DNA of 64,000 bases. Origin: Vulcanimicrobiota bacterium. Lineage in GTDB: Bacteria > Vulcanimicrobiota > Vulcanimicrobiia > Eremiobacterales > Eremiobacteraceae. Position 1 is the stretch's first letter, and every line of letters begins with the position of its first letter. Below, piece by piece: positions 1-10,958 of the stretch. The stretch is from the NCBI GenBank assembly GCA_963805945.1, contig CAWDVP010000002.1, positions 480,001 through 544,000 on the forward strand, written 5' to 3'. Below the pieces are notes generated by a model. The model saw only the letters and a list, made by a program, of their open reading frames with translations. It was not told where the DNA came from and searched no databases. The position numbers were made by a program, and so were the translations under genes.

Positions 1-1
1 A

Positions 2-103
2 TGGAACAAACTGCTGGGCGGCAACGGCTGGGAAGAGGTGAAGATCCTTTCCCCGCATGATGCGACGTCCAACCAAGCTGCCGTACAGCTCAAGTGCAAC
101 TAG
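2..103 (+). CDS. C-terminal end of an unknown protein running in from the window edge (WNKLLGGNGWEEVKILSPHDATSNQAAVQLKCN*)
   Basis: Open frame from 2 to TAG at 101-103, read manually; no recognisable motif. Confidence 0.35.
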   Translation, partial: WNKLLGGNGWEEVKILSPHDATSNQAAVQLKCN

Positions 104-188
104 ACTAAGAGAAAGCATACCAGTCACCGAAGATGGCGGAGCGATCGTGCGGCGATCGCGCCGCCATCTGCATGTTCGGGAGGGCTCG

Positions 189-1118
189 TTGAGCAAGCCG
201 AAGATCGCCGTTCTCATGGGCGGCGGCTCCGCGGAACGCGAGATCAGTCTGCTCACGGGCGCCGGCGTCGTCGGCGCGCTGAGCGGGCTCGGCTATCCCC
301 ACGTGACGCTCGACTTCGACGCACGCCTCGTCGACGCGCTGCGCGAGCACGCGCCGGACGCCGTCTTCAACGCGCTCCACGGCGGTCAGGGCGAGAACGG
401 CACGCTGCAGGCGATCCTCGAGTGGCTGCGCGTGCCGTATCAAGGCTCGGGTCCGCGCGCGTGCGCGGTCGCGATGGACAAATGGATCTCCAAAGCCCTC
501 GCGCGCTTACACGGCATCCCCGTGCCGAACGGCGTGAAGCTCGACGTCGCAGCGGGCGAGGCGCGCGAGATCCCGAATCCACCCGGCCTGCCGTGCGTGG
601 TGAAGCCGGCAGCCGAAGGGTCGGCCGTCGGCGTGAGCGTGGTCCATCTGCCGGAGCTGTGGTCCGAAGCGGTGCGCGCGGCGAGCGCCTTCGGCGCGCC
701 GATCCTCGTCGAGGAGTACGTCGAAGGGCGCGAGTTCACGGCGGCGATCCTCGGCGACGAGCCGCTGCCGGTGGTCGAGATCGTGCCGCATGACGACTTT
801 TACACCTACCATGCGAAGTACACGCCCGGCGCGAGCACGCATACCGTGCCCGCCGAGCTGCCGGAGCATCTCTCGCAGCGCATGCAAGAGCTCGCGCTGC
901 GCTTCCACCGCGCGCTCGGCTGCCGGGACTACTCGCGGGTCGACATCTTGATGTCCGTGACCAATTCGCTGTACGTGCTCGAGTGCAACACGCTGCCCGG
1001 CCTCACGGCGACGAGTCTTTTCCCCGAGGCGGCGGCGGCGGCGGGCATCGGCTACGAGGCGCTGGTGGACACGCTCGTGCATGCGGCGCTCGCGCGCGCC
1101 GGCGCGGCCGCATCATGA
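189..1118 (+). CDS. ddl: D-alanine--D-alanine ligase
   Basis: Motifs KIAVLMGGGSAEREISL, LHGGQGENG, GSAVGV, EEYVEGREFT, LECNTLPG; probable TTG start at 189. Confidence 0.95.
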   Translation: MSKPKIAVLMGGGSAEREISLLTGAGVVGALSGLGYPHVTLDFDARLVDALREHAPDAVFNALHGGQGENGTLQAILEWLRVPYQGSGPRACAVAMDKWISKALARLHGIPVPNGVKLDVAAGEAREIPNPPGLPCVVKPAAEGSAVGVSVVHLPELWSEAVRAASAFGAPILVEEYVEGREFTAAILGDEPLPVVEIVPHDDFYTYHAKYTPGASTHTVPAELPEHLSQRMQELALRFHRALGCRDYSRVDILMSVTNSLYVLECNTLPGLTATSLFPEAAAAAGIGYEALVDTLVHAALARAGAAAS

Positions 1119-1138
1119 CGCCGCGCGAAGAGATCTAG

Positions 1139-1774
1139 ATGAATCTCGCAAGTCTACCGCGCTTTACTATTTCCAAGGTCTTACGATTGAGACCGGATCA
1201 GGATGGCTACGTTGATTTCGAGGTCTCGGGCACGGTGTCCGATGTCCGTGCACTTGAGGTCGGCTCTCGATATTGGTTGTACGTGTCTGGCGGTGACTAT
1301 TCTCCAATCGTCGATGTTCTAAGCCTGGACCAGAAGGAATCAACCGCCACCCTTGACGGCTTAGCGTTCCCCGGTAGTCCGAAGATCCTGATCGGAGATT
1401 CATATCCGATCATAACAGCATACTGGAACGCGAACATCTACGCGGCCATCCTGGACGATAGGCGTATCTGGACCAAGACCCCGGTCACACCGACGGGGTC
1501 TTTCGAGACTATGGTCCCTGGCTACGTCGCGCGCAGCACACCTTCGCGGCCCGGGTTGACGCGTTACTACCCTACCGCAGAGGCACCAGTCGACAAAACG
1601 GCGCGGGTCGTGGATGGCGGTTGGGACCACGAGCACTGCGGTATATGCAATGAGCATATCGGTGCAGACGATCCTGCTGGATTCGTCGATCCAGATGGAT
1701 TATGGCTGTGCGACAAATGCTTCGGCGCGTTCGCCGAACCTCACGACCTTCGATTCATCAGGAAATACCCATGA
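1139..1774 (+). CDS. Hypothetical protein with a C-terminal GGWDHEHCxxC...WLCxxC putative zinc-binding domain
   Basis: 211-aa ORF; Cys/His motif; lower GC3 than its neighbours. Confidence 0.7.
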   Translation: MNLASLPRFTISKVLRLRPDQDGYVDFEVSGTVSDVRALEVGSRYWLYVSGGDYSPIVDVLSLDQKESTATLDGLAFPGSPKILIGDSYPIITAYWNANIYAAILDDRRIWTKTPVTPTGSFETMVPGYVARSTPSRPGLTRYYPTAEAPVDKTARVVDGGWDHEHCGICNEHIGADDPAGFVDPDGLWLCDKCFGAFAEPHDLRFIRKYP

Positions 1775-2466
1775 TCATGAGCAACCTGCCGCTGCGCGTC
1801 GTGCTGTTCGACCTTGACGGCACGCTGATAGATTCGACCGAGCTCATCATCTCGTCATTCGACCACACCTACCGCGTCATGGGCCGCGTCATGTCGGCTG
1901 ATCAGATCGCGGCCGACCTCGGCCTGCCGTTGCGCGACACCCTGCAGCGCTATTTCCAGGGTGCCGATCTCGAACGGGCGATGCAGGTCTACATCGCCCA
2001 CAACCTCGCGCGCCACGATGACAGCGTGCGCCAGATGGCGGGCGTGGCCACCCTCGTCCACCGGCTGGCCGCGGGCGGGCTGCGCCTCGGGGTGGTCACC
2101 TCGAAGATGAGGGACACGGCCGTGCGGGGGCTCACCTTATGTCACCTTGACCGGCCTTTCGAAGTAGTAGTCGCCAAGGAAGATACGCGACGCCACAAGC
2201 CGGACTGCGAGCCGCTGCTGTACGCCCTCGCCGCGTTCCAAGCCGATGCCGCGCAGTGCGCGTACGTGGGCGACACGCCGCTGGATATCGAGGCGGCGCG
2301 CGGTGCGGGGGTCCGCAGCGTCGGCGCGCTGTGGCGGCCCGTCGAGCCAAGCGCCTTCGGCGAATGGGTGCCCGACGCGTACGCACGGACGCCGGACGAA
2401 GCGGCCGATATCTTAGAGGGTTGGCGCGATGGCCGGCAGGACGCGTCCGCCGAAGAGGCGATGTAG
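1771..2466 (+). CDS. HAD-IA family hydrolase (PpaX/phosphoglycolate phosphatase-like)
   Basis: FDLDGTLIDS, VVTSK, HKPD and YVGDTPLDI motifs; ATGA overlap with the upstream stop. Confidence 0.9.
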   Translation: MIMSNLPLRVVLFDLDGTLIDSTELIISSFDHTYRVMGRVMSADQIAADLGLPLRDTLQRYFQGADLERAMQVYIAHNLARHDDSVRQMAGVATLVHRLAAGGLRLGVVTSKMRDTAVRGLTLCHLDRPFEVVVAKEDTRRHKPDCEPLLYALAAFQADAAQCAYVGDTPLDIEAARGAGVRSVGALWRPVEPSAFGEWVPDAYARTPDEAADILEGWRDGRQDASAEEAM

Positions 2467-2484
2467 AGGCCGAACGGGCGATAA

Positions 2485-2511
2485 TGTAGGGGCCGAACTT
2501 TAGTTCGGCCC
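2485..2511 (+). repeat. GTAG-type REP palindrome, family A
   Basis: tGTAG-gggccgaac-ttta-gttcggccc; partial copy at 2462-2475. Confidence 0.8.
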
Positions 2512-2526
2512 AAAGGAAGAACCGCG

Positions 2527-3270
2527 ATGTCGATGTTCGATTTCATCTCATTCCTCATCAACGGCGGTCCGACGCGCACGATCACCGCGTGGACCAGCGA
2601 CGACATCTCGCCCGAGGCGTTCGCGGCCGCGCAGGCCGGCGCCGGTGCAGCGGACGCGGTCGCATCCGCGCCCGCGGCGAAGCCGATGTGGCAGCAGGCC
2701 AAAGATCAAGTGGCCGCGCTCAGGCAAGTGGATCCGGATTTTTCGGAGACGGCGTTTCTCGAACAAGCGGCGCAGACGTTTCAAACCGCGCTCGCGGCCG
2801 AGGGCGATATGAACCCGGCCGAGGCCGGCGACGCCGCGACGCAGGCATTTCGCGACAACCTCGCGCAGCGCATCGCGGCGTGGCAGAGCGCCGGGCTCGT
2901 CCGCCACGTCACCGACGTGAGGATCGACCCGCCGATGATCTTCAAGGCGGCGGTCGACGGCACGCAGCAGCAGATCATGGTGCGCTTCACCGGCTCGGCG
3001 GTGCGCTACGCCGCTGCGGCGGTGGGCGGCAGTCCGACGGACGCCGGCCACGTGCCCGAGTCGTTCTCGCTATTCGCGTCGTTCGTGCGCCCGGCGGGCA
3101 CGACGACGCCGAAATCGGTCGACGCCGGCGGGCCATCGTACTGTCCGGGCTGCGGCGCGCCGATGGAGCCGGGCGCGGGAGTCTGCCCGTATTGCAGGAC
3201 GCCGCTCACCGCGACGAGCGCAGCATGGCAGCTCGACCAGATCGGGGCCTCGCCCTACACCATGCAATAA
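2527..3270 (+). CDS. TIM44-like domain protein with a C-terminal zinc ribbon
   Basis: DPDFSETAFLEQA (TIM44-like), CPGCGAP...CPYCRT. Confidence 0.75.
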   Translation: MSMFDFISFLINGGPTRTITAWTSDDISPEAFAAAQAGAGAADAVASAPAAKPMWQQAKDQVAALRQVDPDFSETAFLEQAAQTFQTALAAEGDMNPAEAGDAATQAFRDNLAQRIAAWQSAGLVRHVTDVRIDPPMIFKAAVDGTQQQIMVRFTGSAVRYAAAAVGGSPTDAGHVPESFSLFASFVRPAGTTTPKSVDAGGPSYCPGCGAPMEPGAGVCPYCRTPLTATSAAWQLDQIGASPYTMQ

Positions 3271-3297
3271 TGCCCGAGCTTTCGCTCGGGCACTACA
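3271..3297 (-). repeat. GTAG-type REP palindrome, family B
   Basis: Reverse strand tGTAG-tgcccgagc-gaaa-gctcgggca. Confidence 0.8.
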
Positions 3298-3317
3298 GCC
3301 TGGCTTCGTAAGGGAAG

Positions 3318-3755
3318 TTACATCTTGTCGTCGGGGCCGGGATCGCCGCCCTCGCCGACGGTCTTGAGGCGGCCGAGGTAGTACGTCCACCCTTTGCGGT
3401 GATCGGAAGCCCACTCGGCGTCGACAAATCCGGTGTGCGTCAGATGCACGATCGTGCCCGAACCGTCTGTGCGCAGATCGTAGCGGACGATCGTGCGCGA
3501 GCCGATAGGCGTCTTCTTGTAGTCCCAGGTGTACGCGACGACGCGCGGCGGATCAAACTCGACGACCTCGCCGAAACAGACGAACTCGCCCTTTTCAAAG
3601 CCGAACGCGCCGCCGACCTTCGGCTCGAACACGGTCACGGGAAACCAGCGTTTCATCTGCGCGGGCTCGGTGAGCAGCGCGAAGACCGCCTCCTGCGGGG
3701 CTTCGATCCGGATCGTCTGTTCGACGAGTAGCTGCTCTTTGGTGTCCTTGATCAT
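3318..3755 (-). CDS. SRPBCC/AHA1 domain protein
   Basis: IEAPQEAVFALLTEP...RWF, LTHTGF, HRKGWTYYLGRL. Confidence 0.9.
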   Translation of the reverse strand: MIKDTKEQLLVEQTIRIEAPQEAVFALLTEPAQMKRWFPVTVFEPKVGGAFGFEKGEFVCFGEVVEFDPPRVVAYTWDYKKTPIGSRTIVRYDLRTDGSGTIVHLTHTGFVDAEWASDHRKGWTYYLGRLKTVGEGGDPGPDDKM

Positions 3756-4084
3756 GCTTTTCTCCTTCGGCTGCGGTTGCGATGGTCGCTCTCGGCGACC
3801 GCTTTGAGGTTGGCGAGCGCCGCCGACCAGAAGGTATCCAGGTACGCGCGCAGCCGCTCGATGCCGTCGGCGTCGAGCTGGTAAAGACGTCTCGTACCAT
3901 TTCGCCTGTCCGTCACAAGGCCCGCTTCCTTGAGGATCTTGAGGTGTTGCGATACCGCCGGCCGGCTCACCGGCAGGCGTGCCGCGAGCTCCCCGACCGG
4001 CCGCGCCCCTCGCTTGAGCGTATCGAGGATCGCGCGCCGCGTCGGGTCGCCAAGTGCGTCGAGGACTCTATCGTAAGTCTGCAC
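3752..4084 (-). CDS. ArsR/SmtB family transcriptional regulator
   Basis: ALGDPTRRAIL...VSRPAVSQHLKILKEAGLV...GTRRLYQL. Confidence 0.92.
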   Translation of the reverse strand: MQTYDRVLDALGDPTRRAILDTLKRGARPVGELAARLPVSRPAVSQHLKILKEAGLVTDRRNGTRRLYQLDADGIERLRAYLDTFWSAALANLKAVAESDHRNRSRRRKA

Positions 4085-4121
4085 TAACCGTAAGGTACCA
4101 CTAACCGATAGGATCTGTCAA
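4082..4121 (-). promoter_or_regulatory. Sigma70-like promoter with a direct-repeat operator; probable leaderless transcript of the ArsR gene
   Basis: Minus strand TTGACA (4121-4116)-18 bp-TACCTT (4097-4092), 7 nt before the GTG; 9-bp repeat CACTAACCG at 4082-4090 and 4099-4107. Confidence 0.65.
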
Positions 4122-4182
4122 GCGGCGGCCTGGAGCAGCCCTCGAAGAGGGCGCCGCGGATGCCGGGTATCGGACGGTGAAG

Positions 4183-4623
4183 CTACATGCCCATGGAGTC
4201 TGGGCCGGGATCGCCGCCTTCGCCAGCGGTCTTGAGGCGCCCGAGGTAGTGCGTCCAACCCTTGCGGTGATTGGCCGCCTGCTCGGCGTTGGGGAACCCC
4301 GTGTGGGTCAAATGCACGAGCGTGCCGGTGCCGTCTTCGGTCAGTTCGTACGTGAGGACCGTGCGGGCGCCGATGGGGGCGTTCTCCCAATCCCAGGTAT
4401 ACGCGATGAGGCGCGGCTGATCGATCTCGACGATCTCACCGACGCAGATCCAATCGCCCTTGACAAGGCGGAACGTGCCGCCGAGCTTCGGCTCGAACTG
4501 GGTGGCAGGCTGCCATCGCTTCATCTGCTCAAGATCGGTCAGCAATGCGAACACTGATTCTTGCGGCGCCGCGATATGGATCGTCTGGTCGACCAGAAAT
4601 TGTTCCTTGGTGTCTGTGATCAT
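4183..4623 (-). CDS. SRPBCC/AHA1 domain protein, close paralogue of 3318-3755
   Basis: Shared N-terminus MIxDTKEQ and C-terminus HRKGWTxYLGRLKTxGEGGDPGPD. Confidence 0.9.
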   Translation of the reverse strand: MITDTKEQFLVDQTIHIAAPQESVFALLTDLEQMKRWQPATQFEPKLGGTFRLVKGDWICVGEIVEIDQPRLIAYTWDWENAPIGARTVLTYELTEDGTGTLVHLTHTGFPNAEQAANHRKGWTHYLGRLKTAGEGGDPGPDSMGM

Positions 4624-4677
4624 GGTGTTCTCCTATGCATAGAGTCTACCCAAGTCGCGCTCGAAGCAACCCTATCC

Positions 4678-5901
4678 CTAGGTGGCCGGCGCCTCCGCGT
4701 CGCTCGGGCCGATGAGGCCTAACATCCGGAAGACCGGCTCGAGCAGCGCGCCCTGCACGACGATGGTGAAGAGCACCACCGAGAAGACCATCGAGATGAG
4801 CAGCGAGCGGCCGGGGTAGTCGTCCGGCAGGCTCAGGACGAGCGCCATCGAGAGCGCGCCGCGGATGCCCGCGAGCGTGATGGCGCTCTGCCATGCGGAA
4901 GAGATGGGCCGGCCGAGCAGTTTCGAGACCGGCGCGAGGCCGCGCACGATGAGCGGACGGCTTATGAGCACCGCGGCGAGCCCGAAAATGGCATCGGGCC
5001 ACTCGGCGATGATCTGACCCATGTGGATCGACGTCCCCACGAGCAAGAACAGCACGGTATTGGCGAGGAACGCGATGATCGTCCAGAAGTTGCCGACCTC
5101 AGCCCGCTCCGCCGCCGGCATCCGGCCGAGCGTGCGCGAGCCCGCGACGATCATCGCGGCCGTGATCACCGCGATGATGCCGGAGACGCGCAGGTCATCG
5201 GCGACGAGATACGCGCCATACGCCACCGCGACGGTCACCACGGCGACGATCATCACCTCATCCGCGATGAACCGGATCACGAATCGTGCTGCGTAGCCGG
5301 CGAGGACGCCGACCACCACGCCGCCGGCCGTCATGAAGAAGAACTGCCACAAAGTGTCGCGCAGGTCGATCGCGCCCGGAACGTCGGACAGCGCGACCAT
5401 GAGCGCGCTGAAGGCGACGACGGCCGTGCCGTCGTTGAAGAGGCTTTCGCCTTCCACGATCGCGAGCAGGTTCGGGTCGACACGCATCGCGCGGAACAAC
5501 GAGAGCACCGCCACTGGATCGGTCGCAGCCACGATCGCGCCGAAGATTACCGCCGTGCGCGGCGGCAGATGCGCGCCGTACACCAAGACGACGTACGAGA
5601 ACGCGATGGTCAGCAGCACGCCCAGGGTCGCGAGCAGCGTGATCGGCACGAAGTTGCGCCGCATGTCGCGGACGTCCGCGTTGAGCCCGCCGTCGAACAG
5701 CAGCGGCGGCAGGAAGAAGAACAGCACGAGCCCCGGCGTCAGCTCCAGCAGACGCTGATGCGGCACGAAGCTGATCACCAGGCCGGAGATCACGAGTCCG
5801 ACGGTGTACGGGATGCGCAGGCGCGCCGTGACCACCGAGATCACCACGAAGATCGAAAGCATGAGGGCGACGGTGCTCGCGCCGACCGGCAGATGGGTCA
5901 T
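4678..5901 (-). CDS. CPA1 family Na+(K+)/H+ antiporter
   Basis: FFLPPLLFDGG, ATDPVAV, EGESLFNDG, SGIIA, GIRGALS; many TM helices. Confidence 0.92.
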   Translation of the reverse strand: MTHLPVGASTVALMLSIFVVISVVTARLRIPYTVGLVISGLVISFVPHQRLLELTPGLVLFFFLPPLLFDGGLNADVRDMRRNFVPITLLATLGVLLTIAFSYVVLVYGAHLPPRTAVIFGAIVAATDPVAVLSLFRAMRVDPNLLAIVEGESLFNDGTAVVAFSALMVALSDVPGAIDLRDTLWQFFFMTAGGVVVGVLAGYAARFVIRFIADEVMIVAVVTVAVAYGAYLVADDLRVSGIIAVITAAMIVAGSRTLGRMPAAERAEVGNFWTIIAFLANTVLFLLVGTSIHMGQIIAEWPDAIFGLAAVLISRPLIVRGLAPVSKLLGRPISSAWQSAITLAGIRGALSMALVLSLPDDYPGRSLLISMVFSVVLFTIVVQGALLEPVFRMLGLIGPSDAEAPAT

Positions 5902-7028
5902 GGGTAGCGGCGCTCGAGATTTTCGGGCAGTGCCGCGAGGATCTCGTAGTTGATGCTGCCCGCGGCGCGCGCCGCCGCCTCGATCTCGATCTCGACGCGC
6001 TCGCCCTGTGCCGGCGCCGGCGCGATATCGGTCACGTCGATCATGCAGGCGTTCATGCAGATGCGTCCGGCGATCGGAGCGCGGCCCGTGGGAAGGCGGA
6101 CGTGCATCCCGCCCGAGGCGGCGGCGCGCGGCAGTCCGTCGGCATAACCGAGCGGCAGGACCGCGATGCGGCTGTCGCGCGCGGCGACGAACGCGCGTCC
6201 GTAGCCGACGCTGTCGCCGGCCGCGACGTCACGCAGCTGCACGATCGGAGCGAACCAGCGCAGCGTCGGCCGCAAGGCGAACGACGCGTCGTCGCCCGCC
6301 AGCACCGCTTCCACTTGCGGCGAGGGCCATCGGCCGTAGAGCGCGATGCCGCAGCGCACCATGTCGAGCCGGGTCTCCGGCCACATCATGGCCGCCGCCG
6401 ACGCGGCGATGTGGAGCAGCGGTTCGTCTGCGGTGCCCGAGCGAAGCTCGGGAACTCGGCTCGCCTCGCGCAGCTCTTCCACTTGCCTCAAGGTGAACGG
6501 CTTGTCGAGGTCCTCGGCATTTGCGAGGTGCGAATAAATCCCGGCGATCGCGACGCCGCGCTCGCGACAGCGCGCGAGCACCGCGGCCGCGTCCTTCGGC
6601 GCGATGCCGAAGCGCCGGATGCCCGTGTCGATCTTCACATGCGCGCTGATCGTGTGGCGCGCGAACGCGTCGACGTCGTCGGCGTCGAGCAGCGCCAGCT
6701 CAAGGCGCGCGCGAGCCGCTTCAACCAGGTCGCCTTCTGCCACAGGGCCGACGACGAGGATCGGCAGCGTGATCCCCGCGGCGCGCAGCGCCAAGCCCTC
6801 GCGCGCCGAGAACACCGCCAGGCGCAATCCGGCGATGCCCGCGCCCGCCAGCGCCTGGCCCACCCGGATCAGCCCATGTCCATAAGCATTGGATTTGATG
6901 ACCGCACAGAGGGACGCCGGCCGGGCCCTGGCAGCCAGCGCGCGGGCGTTGGCGCTGATGGCCGGGAGGTCGATCTCGAGCCAGGACGCGGCCTCAACCA
7001 CGCTTGGGACCGCCCTGGCAGGAACCAC
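5898..7028 (-). CDS. alr: Alanine racemase (true start may be about 7001)
   Basis: AVIKSNAYGHG, HVKIDTGIRRFG, MVRCGIALYG, GYADG, GRICMN. Confidence 0.95.
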   Translation of the reverse strand: MVPARAVPSVVEAASWLEIDLPAISANARALAARARPASLCAVIKSNAYGHGLIRVGQALAGAGIAGLRLAVFSAREGLALRAAGITLPILVVGPVAEGDLVEAARARLELALLDADDVDAFARHTISAHVKIDTGIRRFGIAPKDAAAVLARCRERGVAIAGIYSHLANAEDLDKPFTLRQVEELREASRVPELRSGTADEPLLHIAASAAAMMWPETRLDMVRCGIALYGRWPSPQVEAVLAGDDASFALRPTLRWFAPIVQLRDVAAGDSVGYGRAFVAARDSRIAVLPLGYADGLPRAAASGGMHVRLPTGRAPIAGRICMNACMIDVTDIAPAPAQGERVEIEIEAAARAAGSINYEILAALPENLERRYP

Positions 7029-7057
7029 TTGTCAAAGCCGGAACCTCCCGGTATACT
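7029..7057 (+). promoter_or_regulatory. Sigma70/SigA promoter of groESL
   Basis: TTGTCA (7029-7034)-17 bp-TATACT (7052-7057). Confidence 0.85.
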
Positions 7058-7061
7058 TGGG

Positions 7062-7088
7062 TTAGCACTCAAGTGCTAAGACTGCTAA
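7062..7088. promoter_or_regulatory. CIRCE element (HrcA operator)
   Basis: TTAGCACTC-aagtgctaa-GACTGCTAA, one mismatch to TTAGCACTC-N9-GAGTGCTAA, just downstream of the groESL promoter. Confidence 0.92.
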
Positions 7089-7216
7089 ACCGTGAATAAA
7101 GCCCCATTTCGGGGCACATCCTAGCACCAGAGTTTCACGCCGGCGTGCGCCCGCCCCGCTTTTTGGGCGCGTGCTTGGCGTTCAATCCCCCGCAATGCCA
7201 ATAGGAGGTTGCATCC

Positions 7217-7528
7217 GTGCCCGCTACCGCGTCAAAAGTCGATATCAAACCGCTTGCCGATCGGGTCGTCATCGAGTCCGTCGAGCAGGCGCAACAGAGC
7301 GCCGGCGGCGTCATCCTGCCCGACACCGCCAAAGAAAAACCGCAAGAGGGCATCATCATCGCCGTCGGACCGGGCCGTCGCACCGATAAGGGCGAGGTCA
7401 TCCCCATGGATCTCAAGGTCAACGACCGCGTCATCTATTCGAAGTACTCGGGTTCCGAGATCAAGCTCGACGGCGTCGAGTACCTCATCGTGAGCGAGAA
7501 GGACGTTCTCGCGATCGTCAAGCGCTAA
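7217..7528 (+). CDS. groES: Co-chaperonin GroES
   Basis: IKPLADRVVI, GGVILPDTAKEKPQEG, KYSGSEIK. Confidence 0.98.
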   Translation: MPATASKVDIKPLADRVVIESVEQAQQSAGGVILPDTAKEKPQEGIIIAVGPGRRTDKGEVIPMDLKVNDRVIYSKYSGSEIKLDGVEYLIVSEKDVLAIVKR

Positions 7529-7529
7529 G

Positions 7530-7552
7530 GAAGTGCCCGAGCACCGCTCGGG
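7530..7552 (+). repeat. Degenerate family-B REP palindrome (GAAG variant)
   Basis: gaag-tgcccgagc-acc-gctcggg between groES and groEL. Confidence 0.55.
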
Positions 7553-7566
7553 AAGGAGAAACGTAA

Positions 7567-9222
<1,656 letters not shown>

Positions 9223-9244
9223 TCGCTCACGCGATCAGTCAACC

Positions 9245-9280
9245 AAAAGGCCCGGCGTGTGAACGCCGGGCCTCTTCTTT
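9245..9280. terminator. Intrinsic terminator after groEL, probably bidirectional
   Basis: aaa-aggcccggcgt-gtga-acgccgggcct-cttcttt. Confidence 0.85.
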
Positions 9281-9301
9281 ATGGTGCGGTTGAAGGCGCC
9301 G

Positions 9302-9718
9302 CTACTTGAACGTATACGTGAAGTTCTTGTAGTCGCCCGTGTCGACTTCCCTGAACTTCTTGTAGATGAACGGACAGCGGTTCTGCGAGTCATACAGCGT
9401 GAACGGATCGGTGGGATTGACGCAGTTGCTGTACGAGCCGGACCAGGTGTCGCTGCCGTCGTTGCTCTCCGCGTAGACGTACACATAGCGCACGTCCAGA
9501 TCGCCGCCGAGCGCCACTTTGCACTGCCCCGGCGTCAGCCGCCACCATCCTTCGGAGATGAAGTAGCCCTGCTGCGCGTTGTGGTGCGCGACTGCGGTGT
9601 TGATGGTCTCATTCGAATCATTGCAGACGGTGAACGACGCGCGAGCGGGGGCGGGCGAGAGCAACGCCGCCGCTAGAGCTACCGCAGCGCACAAGAAGAG
9701 CGCGGACTTTCCAGACAT
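9302..9718 (-). CDS. Secreted DUF1036-like protein
   Basis: Signal peptide, FTVCN, SEGWWRLTPGQC, YVYAE, FREVDTG. Confidence 0.8.
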   Translation of the reverse strand: MSGKSALFLCAAVALAAALLSPAPARASFTVCNDSNETINTAVAHHNAQQGYFISEGWWRLTPGQCKVALGGDLDVRYVYVYAESNDGSDTWSGSYSNCVNPTDPFTLYDSQNRCPFIYKKFREVDTGDYKNFTYTFK

Positions 9719-9898
9719 GCCTTCCTCCAATCACGGGTTCCGCCCGTATGACTTGCCGTCAGGGCAGGCTGTTCCATCACTATGTATCGGCCGGTCGGCC
9801 GACTCGCCTTACCGCTGGGCGCGGCTTCGCCGCCGAAAGTGCTAGTCCCGCGCGGCGGCGAAAGCCAGCGCCCACGAAACGCCCAAAGGAGCGCTTGT

Positions 9899-10866
9899 AT
9901 GAAAGCCGTCGTCGTCAAGGAGTTCGGGGGCCCGGAGCGGCTCGAGTACGTCGACCTCCCGACCCCGGCGCCCGGGCAGGGCCAGGCGCTGGTGCGGATC
10001 ACCGCGAGCGGTGTCAACTTCATCGACGTCTACCACCGCATGGGCAAGTATCCGGGGGCGCTGCCCTTCGTGCTCGGCAACGAGGCGGCCGGTGTGGTCG
10101 AGGCGCTCGGTCCCGGCGCGACCGGCGTCGCGGTCGGCGAGCGCGTCGCGTACTGCAGCGAGCGCGGCAGCTATGCCGAATATGCCGTCGTGCCGGCGCA
10201 TCGGCTCGTCCCCATCCCGTCTTCGGTCGACGATCGCACCGCCGCCGCGGTGCTGCTGCAGGGCATGACCGCCCACTATCTCTGCAACACGACGTTTCCG
10301 ATCAAGGCCGGCGACACCGCGCTCGTGCACGCGGGAGCGGGCGGCGTCGGGCTGCTGCTGACCCAGATGATCGCGCACAAGGGCGCGCACGTCATCACGA
10401 CCGTGTCGACGCAGGAAAAGGCGGCGCTCTCGCGCGGTGCGGGCGCGAAGCGACGTGATCCTCTATACCGATGTCGATTTCGAGACCGAGGTGAAGCGCC
10501 TCACCGGCGGCGCTGGCGTGCCCGTGGTGTACGACTCGGTGGGCAAGACGACGTTTGAGAAAGGGCTGAACTGCCTGCAACGGCGCGGCATGATGGTGAG
10601 TTACGGGCAATCGAGCGGCAACGCGCCGGCGATCGAGCCGCTGCGCCTGGTCGGCGGCTCGCTGTTCCTCACGCGTCCGACGCTCGGCGGATTACGTCGC
10701 GAGCGACGCCGAACTGCGCGAGCGCTCCTCAGCCGTCTTCGGCATGATCGCGAACAGCGCGCTCAAAGTGCGGATCGGGCACGAGTACAAGCTCGCGGAT
10801 GCGGCGCAAGCGCAGCGCGACCTCGAAGCGCGCAAGACGACCGGCAAGGTGATCCTCATCCCGTGA
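9899..10866 (+). CDS. qor: NADPH:quinone oxidoreductase (MDR family) with two apparent frameshifts
   Basis: [34 protein letters not shown] spread over frames; shifts near 10450 and 10690. Confidence 0.88.
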
Positions 10867-10875
10867 TCAGCGTTA

Positions 10876-10945
10876 TGTAGGGGACGACCTTTAGGTCGTC
10901 CCTCGTCGTCCAATACCGAGGCCGATCTAAAGATCGGCCCCTACA
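10876..10945. repeat. Inverted pair of family-A REPs (REPIN/BIME-like)
   Basis: tGTAGgggacgacctttaggtcgtccc (10876-10902) and aggccgatctaaagatcggcccCTACa (10919-10945). Confidence 0.85.
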
Positions 10946-10958
10946 TTCGACCGATGGG

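Noticed and set aside
9720..9898. Riboswitch or ECF promoter upstream of the DUF1036-like gene
   Set aside because: GGAAC...GTCA is present, but spacing and structure are not convincing without a covariance search.
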